DNA from: Tubulanus polymorphus
Taxonomy: Eukaryota > Animalia > Nemertea
Direction: 5' to 3'
Assembly (NCBI RefSeq): GCF_964204645.1
Contig: NC_134031.1
Span: forward strand, 19,723,910 to 19,787,909
DNA: 64,000 nucleotides
Part shown: positions 1-11,600 of the stretch, in pieces
How positions within the stretch are numbered: position 1 is the first letter of the stretch
Layout of the letters: each line of letters begins with the position of its first letter
Program-made: the position numbers and the translations under genes
Notes under the pieces: generated by a model
Seen by the model: the letters and a program-made list of their open reading frames with translations, nothing else
Told to the model about the DNA's origin: nothing
Databases searched by the model: none

Positions 1-54
1 AAAAAAATCTAGAGAAAAAAGGAATTCAATATTCTAACTGATTGTAGTTTACAG

Positions 55-72
55 GTTGACAATATCTCAGTG
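55..72 (+). CDS. FHAD1: FHAD1 18-nt microexon (VDNISV), phase 0/0
   Basis: Branch point ctaac, acceptor gtttacag| and donor |gtgagt; in frame with the exon at 439. Confidence 0.6.
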
Positions 73-2529
73 GTGAGTTTTTTAAGAGAAAATTCAAAGT
101 TGAAAGAGAGAAGTCAGAGGAATAAGTAACCCCCAACCTAGACATGGCGGTCACTGACTCAGGGAATCAGAAAAATCTAGAGAAAAAAGGAATTCAGATA
201 ATGTTAATGACCGTGTGTTTCTTTATCAATTCAATAATGAAAAATGAATGACTTGTAACATTTCAAACCTAGAAATTTCTCTGATTCACTGAATTTTGTG
301 TAATCACATGGAAAACTCAGGGTATTTGTTACTGGACAGAAAGTGGCGGCACTGGATCTGGATTGTTATAGTTTTCTCTAGACTACGAACGTACATTTCA
401 TACAGTCAATATTCTAACTGATTGTAATTGTATTACAGCTGCCGTACCCTCCTGTTCAACAGCGTCCGGCGTGGACAGCACCGATCACTGTCCTCAACGA
501 TGACATCATCCGACCACCGCAACCGCTGCAACCTGTCTCGACACCGGCCAGTTTCCCGTTCCTGGCGACGGTGACGAATAGCGCGTACTCCACGCAACCT
601 CGACCTCCGAGCGTTTCGATGAGATCTCGTCCGGTCAGCGCCGGGTCTCGCGGCAGTCCGAAAATGATGTCGCCGAACCTCGCACAACGAAGTAGGTATA
701 AAACAGAAAAGTTTTCCCAGACCGAGGAGTTTAATGAATTCTCCATAGAACTAGTTGATTTCAATTCTTTTACTTCTTTAAGTGTCAAATTCTAACAAAG
801 AACTGTAAAACTGGCTCATTTTGCTAGATTGTCTTAATGCCTTTTTGTTTGTGAATTTGTAGGTGTAACTGGTGCGTGGGTTTCAGCCCCTGTTTCTAGT
901 AGTCAGCGTCCAGGAATCACTGTCATTTCTAATTCACCCAGTAATGAAATGATTCTCCTTCAAGAAAAGGTATGATAGCATTTTCTAGCTAAACTCTTCT
1001 CAGCGAAGATAATTCAAAAAACAAAATGACAAATTTCTATTTTTTTTTCTCAGGAGCAGAGGATTTTACAGCTAAATCAGGAGTTAAGTCGTTTGAACGC
1101 CGTTGAGAAAGACAGCCAACGAAAGGATCAAATTTTGGTGCAACTTCGCGACGAAGTCAACCAACTTCGTCAGTCTCAGAGTAACATGATGTCCGACCCG
1201 GATGTCACTCAGAAATTATTACAGCTTGAAAACGAAGTTTTAGCGAAGAAAGAAGAGGTGAATCAAGTTAAAGATCAGGTGAGATGCAGCACACTCTTCC
1301 TTGCTGATATATTACTGGGTTGATTTCTATGAAATCCCATCTTTAGTATAAGCTTACATTACCATATATATGACCATCACGTTACCATTTACATTTTAAT
1401 CAATCTCAGTTAAAACTTTGATTCAGTTAAATCGAATGCAGAAATTATCGTCGAATCAACCAGCGGGTACGCTGCGACACGAACTGAACGAGAAACTCGT
1501 CGAAGTGAACAGCGTACGCACGCAACTCGAGCGAACTCGTAAAGATAAAGACATCACATCGGGACTCGTCACTCAAATGCAGCGCGACATGTCGAGTAAA
1601 GATTCCACGATCAGTCGGTTGACGCGCGAAATCGAAAATCTTAAACGCGACGGCCGAGAAAAAGACGTTCAATTGTCGGCTTTAACCGCAAAAGTACGTT
1701 CAAAATAGATCGATGAAGGGTGGTTGTTATCAATCAAAAACTGTTTATACGTTGCTTAACTTCTTAGTCAATTTACGATTGTATTTTATGTTCAAAATCT
1801 AACATGTTGGCCACTTACCGGTACCTGGAAAATCAGAGGTTTCAGATGAAAATCTAGCCCTAACTTGGATCCCGCTTTATGAAAAAGTCTACAAACCTTT
1901 TTTTGGTTTTCTTAATCCAGTTCGCTAGATTGAAAGAGAACAAACTAGCCCTCGACGAAATGGAAGCCAAAGATAAAGAGTTGACGAATCTACGACAGAA
2001 ATTCAAGGCCGCCGAAAATTCCGTGCAAGAACAGAAAGAGCTGGTCTCTTCGCTGAAAGAAGAGCTGGAGAAAATCAAGGAGAATACGTCAAAAGATACG
2101 ACGGTAAGTGAATGATTTAGAGACCTTGTTCTAAGTGAAATATCAGAGAGATTCAAGTCACGTGTAATTATGTTTCCCTGTTTGGAAATATTTGGGAATT
2201 TGAATGATTTTTCTCAACTCGGGAGATGTTTGGGAAATTCACATTTTACTCTTCGTGAAGCATAGTTCTGGGATTACAGTTGTAACTGCGAACCTGAAAC
2301 GGAGTCAGTTTTTAGTAGGAAAACGTACGGGTTTGCAGTAAATTATTTGATGTATATGTTTTCAAACAGAATTTAAAGAAGATGACCGCTGAATTGGACC
2401 AGGTTAAAGCTCAATTACTCGACACACAACGATCGGAAAGACAAGTTCGTATCGACAATGAACAAACATCAAAACAAGTGAGTATCCTCTCTCTCTCTCT
2501 ATCCTCTCTCTCCCTCTCCCTCCCTCTCT

Positions 2530-2619
<90 letters not shown>

Positions 2620-5600
2620 CATGTGAAATCAATCTATATAGATACAGAAGCCTCTCTTCTTACTCTTGATTTGCACTTGATTTTGGTGAAGTAATGATTT
2701 TCAGCTATTCCTCGCCCCTGAATCAGACTACCAATCCAGAATAAATATTTTTTGCGATCTGATTATCTTTTTGGTGGTAGAAATTTCTGATTACTTCCAA
2801 ATCTAAGATGGAAAATCCCACACTCAGAAAGAGTCTGAAAACTTTCGTTTAGATGACTATTAGGATACAGAAATAACGTTGAAAATAAATCATTCATTTA
2901 AGAAAATCTTTTCAGACTGTTGCGTCTTTCTGAGTGTGGAATTTTCTATGCAATTGTTACAACAACGACAGTATTTCACTAATGATTATTGGACTAGAGT
3001 TGGGGAAGATTTGATTTTGAATTTGTTTTCGGTTTTCCTCAGAAATCCTATCACCTTCTGTCTATTTCGTTTTGACACAGCAGTATACCCACCTATAATT
3101 CCCGGTGTATTGATTTTCACTATTGATTTGACCTTCACCTTTCTCCACACGTCGTCGTTTTCAGTTTGAATTGTTCCGAAAATCGATATTGCAGACGATA
3201 TTTTCGATCAAAGGCACGAAAGTTCCCAAAAAACAAATCGACGACATTGAATTAGTGTCGCTACTACGCGACACATTAAACCAACTCGCCGGTCCGAGTG
3301 GGTCAACTTCCTGCGCTAATTGCAAGCAAAAAGCGTCCCAACGAGCGAAATAATCTTCAAGATATATTCTTTAAATCAGGGTACTTATGGGTTTTGATAA
3401 ATGGGAATTCAAGACTGTGATAATTGTGATCGATTGATGAATGTGATGTCTTTGTTTAGTTTATGTTATGTAGTTAATTTATCTGTTTTTGAGTCGATAA
3501 GATACACAATACCCGTCGTGTAAGTTGAATTATGAGAGACAAAGTTCTTGAGTAAAAGGTTTATGTATTTGAGCGATGTTTAAGCTAAACACTATTAGAC
3601 ATCATCAGGTGTACTGAATCTGTATGTCTGATGATGGCTAATAGTCTTTAGCCGAAATATTCCTCAAATGTATTAACCTTTTACTCATGAACTTTACATC
3701 TTAAGCTTAATTATTGTGAGATTTTTCTTGTTTTCAATTTGAGATTATTGTTTTATTTTTTTTCTGTGTCAGTGACAATCAGGTCTCCTATTGTATTTAT
3801 TACTTCTTAATGTTACATAGTATATTATTATATATCGGTAAGGTAGATACGCAATCATATGAATGTCGAATTATGAAGGCACTTCATCAGTGCAATATCT
3901 ATAGCATATAAATTGCTTCCCCCTGAAGAGTTTATTAGTAATGGGATGCTTTGCCCCGATACGAATGGAAGAAATTCTGATTTTTAGTTTACTGTAGAGG
4001 ATACTGTGGTTCAAATCTGTGATCAAATTTTCTTATCGAAATTAATCTCAAAGTTTGCATAGCGTAGACTCTGGTATAGACTAATACGGTATAGCATTCA
4101 GAATTATTGCAGTCTGAATAATCATTCTATAGAAAGATCAGTTTGATACAGTATGAAGTACATTGTATGAGGACGAACAGATGTTTCAATACTAGATAAT
4201 AAGGTTCCGCTATCATCAGACCCTTCATCTTCAGTGACTATGATTTCAATAACCATTTACTTCTTTTTTAATCAGGGCCCAGGCCTGTGAATCTGTATAC
4301 CGGTTTATTAAACAACATCCTTTAACATTCAAGAAATATCTTTGTGACTTCGAGCAATGACTCAAGAGTCCGGCGGTTAGGTGTGTGTATATATGTATTA
4401 CCTATGAAACAGCTGTAGATAATGTGATTATGAATTTGATTAATAGTTATTACCTGCCTCTAAACCCCCTCTATTCATACCAGGTATCATTGATTTATTG
4501 TGCACATTCTCCATCAATTTCTACACTTATTTCCGCACACATTGTCTTACGCGCTCATACATTCCTGTGTGTTTAGTTTCAGTTAACAAATATTGCTTTT
4601 CAAAGACGTTTTCCGATCAATATCTTCCAAACTCAAATTCTGGCCAAATTGGTTTTACTGGTAGATCAACCAGTCATTGAATTTTGTGTAGATTTATAGC
4701 AGAAATAACTGATATTTAGTTGTCAAAAAATGTTACTTTATTACTACCAGATCCAGGGTTATTTTATTAGGACTTACTGTTCTTCATTTCGTTGATAACT
4801 GCATATGGGAGTCTTTATTGTAAATCACTTAATTACTCAACTCTAATATAATCACTTCTATCGTCCAAATTTAAATATTGTATTTTGAAGAAAAAAAGCG
4901 ATTCTTTGTTGAAAATTAGATTTTGTAGTTATATAACTGTAATAAAGGCTCCCAATGTGTTTTTCAAAATTAAACTTTTTGTCTTATTCTATTTTGTGGC
5001 GGGACATTAGAAAAGGTGGCCTCAACAAATTACCTAGTCTCACATGTCTAGATACATGTATAATACTATTTGATAAATATAAGTCTCAATGGTATCTAGC
5101 AATATAGGATTTTATAAAAAATGCCATCTTTTTGAAATAAGTCTGTTCGGGTTTCATTGCGTGGAGAGATTTCTTCAGAAGAATTATATTCATGAAATTT
5201 ATTGAAGGCAATATTCACTCAGTTCCTTTCAATGGCTCTTCTCAATAGAACATATCGTATGCAATATGCCACCAGAGGAAAATGCTCGCAGTAAGGTAAA
5301 TGAGGCTTGAAGTTAGATATACAGGTAATCATAATGACAGTATTCATTCAGTTTCTATATGATTATTCTGAACATTAATATAGCATTCAGAACATGTAGA
5401 ATCTGACAGCTGTGACATCACTACAGTACGACCCTTCAATGAATTCATTTTCAGCATTTTGATTGAAAATTATCCAACCACTTCATTCGTGTCATAACAG
5501 ATGTTCCTCACTGATATAATGTACTGATCGAATATGATATTGAATGCACTGTGGCGTAAAAAACATGTTTTTTCGTCTTCGATTCCGAACAATATATTCA

Positions 5601-8600
5601 TTATTTTCCATTAGTTTGATACTTTCCCCCCAGATGTCACTAATGACAACAGCTTTTAGAGTGGCGGCCACCCCTTTCATTTTTACATCCAGCCCTCTGA
5701 TTGAAAATCATCCACCCGCTTATGAAATATCTTCTGCCCCTAGTGGATGTCGAGATTCAATCCATGTTCATAATTGCTTTGAAATATCTTGAACTAATGT
5801 GAAAAATAGAAGATTACACCTAAATAAAGCTAAGATTTTCTGTATTTTTTGGGGGGTGAAAGCCTTGGTACTTCAGCATCAACGATATCATACACTTAAC
5901 AATGACTGCGACCCAAGCATATGGAAACTGCCACAATCTCAAAAATATTGTTAATTTCAGTCGGAAAGATTTCGAAATCGAGTGATCCAGGTGGCGTTCT
6001 CTACGCCGGGCGTGAAATACCCCGAGGACGAGATCAAAGACGACGAATTGTTGGAAACGCTGAAAAAGATGATCGACGAACGAACGGAGATGCATCGTAA
6101 AATGTTGGACATGAAAGAATCGTTGAAACAAGCGAATCACAGTAAAAAAGAACAAAATGATAAATTGAACAAACTGAAACATCATTTACACGAAGCGATG
6201 GTAAGTGAGGGTCGAATTAAAAAAACTGGATCCAGTTACAAAACCTGATCATAATCATACAGGAGTCAATATACAACCCAGGGGTCAGTTGCATAGTCAT
6301 GGCTTAGACTTAAGACCAGTCTAAGACCAACTTAGTTCTATAGCCAATCTAAAATTAAGACCAGTTTTAAGATTTAAGACTACTTTTGCACCTAAGTCAC
6401 GACTGTGCAACTGGCCCCTGAACGGTACCCTTTCAAACATTCAACATTGTAATGGGAAGATTATCGCATTTTGAAAATGTTCTGATAAAATGTCTGTTAT
6501 CTGGCATTGTTAGTTTTTTCAACCAAAAATGTCCCTGGTGAAGTCCTGAACATGCGGAGTGTGGACGATCATAATTTAAAGGATGATGATGATTTATCAC
6601 GTGTCTGAGGGGGGGGTTACGCTTGTATTAATTCTGACCCCCTTCAAAAAATCCAAGTGATGTCTAGTAACCTGCATAGATTCCAATTGCTGAAAGTGAA
6701 AGTTTAGTCATAATTTTGGCAAATGAAAATTTTAACTTTTTTGTGAAAGGGAGACATTGTACTCTAGATACTAACAGCACTCTTCATTCTTTACAGAAAC
6801 GTTATCGTGAACACGGTCGTCTTTCGGAACAACTGAGGAAGGAGGTCAGCCTCCTTCAATCTCTGGCAACCGAGGAAAACGTGAGCCACGTGAAAAACGC
6901 AGTCGTTGATATTTTACAACACGAACTAACCTGGCAGCAGAATATCGAGGATGCTTTACAAAAATGTGGAGTCAATACAAAACTTTCTAATGATGGTAAA
7001 AAAAAATATTATTCGAAAATCTTGAAATAGAATTAAAAGTCTAGATTTGACAAAAATGTGGATAACGTCAATACAAAACTTTCTAATGATGGTTAAAAAA
7101 AATGATATTTGAAAAATCTTGAAATAGAATTAAAATTCTAGATTTGGCTTATATTTCATTATTCAATTTCAGAACCGGCCAAACACATATTGACTCTGTA
7201 CAATACGTGGGAATCGGGAATTTCGGATACAACGAAATTAAAGAATCGTCTGGACGAGTTACAGAATATACACCAACAAGATTTAGACGCTCAAGCCGAA
7301 CGGTTTAAACAAGAGATGAACGATAAAATCAAAGATGCCATCGAAAAAACTAAACTCGAAGGTGCAGCGTTTTCATATATTCAAATCCCCAAAAAAAACT
7401 ATAAATTAGTTCGTAGATAATGGGGAAGTGCAGCACCAGCTCTTTCCCACCAGATGGCGTGATGAACACTCAATCTAGTGTATGACACGTGTTGTTCATA
7501 ACTTAACTATATTTTGAGAAAAGTTTATGTTTTCTGTTGTTTTTTGATATTGTACCATGTTAGTCTCCCTCCATATACGATGGAAATGGTTGGAGTGTAA
7601 ATAAATTCCTAATTCCTTGTCAGATTCAGTTCATTATCAATCAACTTGGAACTAAATCTTTAAGGTTCCCGAGTTCATACATTATTTCACGAACCACCAA
7701 TACTTTTACAATGATTGTTATAGTTTTCATGAGAGAAAAGTTCATTCGTGACGTGTTTTTGGTTATGTTTATTTTCTTATCAGACGAAGAGAAATTGAAC
7801 CAAGCCATCGACGAAATCCGTCAATTGGAAACGGAAAAACGTGAAAACGCGCTGGAAACGGAATTGAAGAAAATCACCGAACTGGAAGAGAGTTTGGAAC
7901 AACTTCGCAGTTCTATAGCTAATAATGAATCGACGAAAGATGACAATAAACAACAAGCTATTGATGCGTTGGAGCAACTGAGCCATCTGAAAAAATCAGA
8001 GGTATGAAAATTTTTATTAGTAAGGTTTCCAAACTGGATTAGATACCACATACCTTTTATTCATCTCTATTTCTTTCTCGGAAGGACTGTGGAACTAGAT
8101 CCAGATGAAAAAGAGTCAGGGAATAATAGTTGGAAATTTTGTAATAAAGCTAAAGATCGGGGAAATTTGCTAGATGACGCGTAAAATCAATGCTTGACAT
8201 ATTTGACTGTGTGGTTGAATTCTCAGCAGATCAGTCAGGGAAAACAACGTGCAAGTCAAATAAAAGTGGCCACCCTGATTATAATCTAATTTTTATTTTA
8301 CCGCGACTGCGAGCAATTAGTTCTTGTCACCAGAACGAGTTTTGTCACCCAATAAATCTTTAATCGCTTTTCACCGTCGATTAGAGTCGTTACCATGACT
8401 TCAAATGATTCGAGTTAATTCAAACAAATAATCGACTTCTTTGATGTCAGTAAGGACCATCGAGCTCCGTGTGTTTATAGAAACAGTAGCCGGATAGTAC
8501 TTTAGATTGTCATCTTTATGTTCTCTCGCGGTTGCTATGGGTAAACAATTCGATATTATTATCTATGGTAGGAATATGAGGTAGCTAGAGTAGACTTTGC

Positions 8601-11600
8601 TAGCCTCGGATCTTGCAGGATCAATTTCGTTTGAGGCAAGAAGATTCTGGGGCAGTGAACGATGAGTTGACATCATACGAATACGAGTATATTAATGAAT
8701 TTTGATCTTTGATCTTTAGGGAGAGTTTGAAACATTTTTGATTTTTGATTTTTGATGAATAAAATTTCGCTTTTAACCCTTTAGATTTTGTATATACTGG
8801 TAGCAGGTTTTAAACTTATTATCTATTCTCCACGTCAGAGTTTACAAGCTATTCTACCATATCATTTTTAAGATTTTGTCCGGGGTATGCTATAATAACC
8901 TGAGGCAAGTACAGTCTACACTGTACGATACAACTTCAACTTATTCAAATTATCAACTTCTATGTTGTGATGGTATCGCAGGTGTCCTTGATAAGAATCT
9001 ACGGCCATTTGCTCAAAAGTTGGCTGGAGTTGGCCAGTGGATAGTTAAGACATTGTGACAATTAAAAGTTCATTGTTACTATGGTATCTATCTGCTGGTT
9101 ATCAACTTTTGAGCAACTTGCTCCTGATCTATTAAAGAAAACGTCTTATATTTTGCTTCTTCGATTCTAGGAAGAGCTGAAAGAGGAATTGAGCAATCTT
9201 AAAGTCGAACACGCCCAACAGGTGGAGGCACTGTCACTCGATAAAACGACGCTCGAGAAGAAATTTGAGAATGATTTATCGAGTTATAAAGAACAGATTA
9301 AACAACATTCAGTGACGATCTGCGCGATGGAAGAACGATTGAATAAAGTGATGAAAAAGAACAAAGATCATCAACAGGAAATCACGCAACTTAAACAGAA
9401 AAATAGTGGTAAGATCAATTAGAGAGATTAACCTAAATAATCATTCCCTTTCAGTCCCAGCTTTATTGAACAATGCCATACGATGATGAAAAAATCAGGG
9501 GCTGGTTTCTCAAAAGTCTAGAGTTAACTGGTGGACAAATACCATGGTTATGATCCAACTTGATTCGTCACTGCTATACTATTAATCGACTGGGGCCAGT
9601 TGCATAGTCATGGCTTACATTTAAGACCAGTTTAAGTCCAACTTAGTTCTGTTGCCAATCTAACAACTTAAGACCAAGCTGAAGATTTAAGACCATTTTT
9701 GGTCATGACTGTGCAACTGGCCCCTGGTTAACTCTTACAAACTTTTGAGCGACTGACCACTGTTCTTTTGAAAAAAGTCCCCTACACGCTACATGAAATA
9801 TTTTCTAGAAGTTACACAAACATTTTTTGGATCAATTGATCCGCCATGATGACTTCTGGTTTTATAGGCTCCTAACTTCAACCCAGGGTCCGATTTCACA
9901 GTCATGGCTTAGATTTAAGACCTGTCTATGACCAACTTAGTCCTGTAGTCAATCTAACAACATAAGTCTGATGATTTAACAGGAACCAAAACTATATTGT
10001 TCTTCCCTAGAAAATAAGACTAAAACCCATTACATGTATATGAAACTTTTAGAAGATTGAAATGAAATTTATTCATCAAGAATTTTAAGCAAATGTTTGT
10101 ATGCGCTGTTTTTATCTTTTAATCATTTCTCCCACGCCTGAGCGCATAAACGCAATTCTAACATTCTTCTCTAGAAGTTTTTACGTTCATTAAGTTTATT
10201 CATGATATTCATTGAAATGATGATTGCCCATTTCCAATTCGATTTATCACGACTACAATAATCATCTTTCTACGCGTATTTGCGTAAACTCGCTACGAGC
10301 ATTGCGTCGTCGCATCAACGGTAACCATAGTGACAGTGACAACAAATAAAATAATTTTCGTCACAATATTACTGGGTTAGTCGGGCGTAATTAAAAAAGA
10401 TATATATAATCAGTTTGAGCTGAGGGGTGTCAATTGATAGAGAATTAATACGGTTCAATGAACGTAATTTTATTGAACTGATTAGATATTTTTTGACGGC
10501 TCGAATGAGTTTTCTCGTCACCAGAGTTTTGTGAGGTTAATATTCCGATTGCGTTTGACGGAAATGACAGGTTGTTCTGATTTAGATGTCGGGAAGTTTC
10601 TTTTTTGACGGTTGGGAAGCTTTTTCAGTGAAATAGACGCGTATTTTATTGCTGTGCGGTAGAAACCAGTTCCACAGTTGTCATTTGATTGCAGTGTTAC
10701 TGGTAATTACAAGGGGTCATTGATTTATTACGTACGCATTAGGGGAGGGGGGAGGGGTCAGTGCAATTGCGTACTGTAATGCTTAATGTATATGAAAAAA
10801 TGGCCGATTATGCGTACAGAGGGGGAGGGGGGGTTGAAAAATTCAAATTTTATGCGTACGTAATAAATGAATGATCCCCAATAAACCTTACTCAGTACCT
10901 GTCAACTCAGTAAACGGCTCAAGTTCAGGAATTTCATTTGAAATAGTTACAGTTCCAAAACAACCAGTTGGAAAGAGGCAGAGTTTCACTGTAATTAAAG
11001 TCTACAGTCAAATCAATCGAAGAACTGTGGATAAACGAGGCATGATTTGATCAGGATCATGCTTCACAATAATAACTAATACGTGGTGCAAATCGGTTGA
11101 GCTTTTTGCTCTAGTTACACGCGATCTGGAAAACTGAACCTTCGATCGTTTGTTATGATCCGAGTTGAATCGGTTGTCAACGTCGATTAAAAACGCGAGA
11201 TCGAGAGAGCACGCGCGCACGGTGGCGGCGCGGAAATAGAACATAACGCTGTGTCAGTGCATGATCGCACAATTCACTGCGAGATTATGTTAGAAAAATA
11301 CGCGTTGAAAACTGGTTTTTAGCTCTTTGTGACTGCGTGGTGAAATTCCCCTCGGGGAAGCAAAAATCAGCCACCAATAAGTTATTCTCTCGACAAACAT
11401 TACATATGTATTTTTCTAACCGGAGGTTGTATAGAGTATTGTATACGACTCCCCGGGATATTACTGTCACCTGTACCTCACATTTCAAACTTTCCACGTA
11501 ATTAACCTATTTTTTGATTCGGGTAACGGAATGTGTGAACACGAAATTCTGTGTAGATATTTGGAAGAAAGGAACAGGGTTTATTTGATATTTCTCAATC

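Noticed and set aside
2404-2669. ER-repeat and SL-repeat ORFs
   Set aside because: Produced by the intronic (CT)n tract after the donor at 2477.
433-8051. Minus-strand ORFs overlapping FHAD1 exons (for example 456-788, 1860-2156, 5820-6185)
   Set aside because: Antisense shadows of real exons; no motifs or splice chain.
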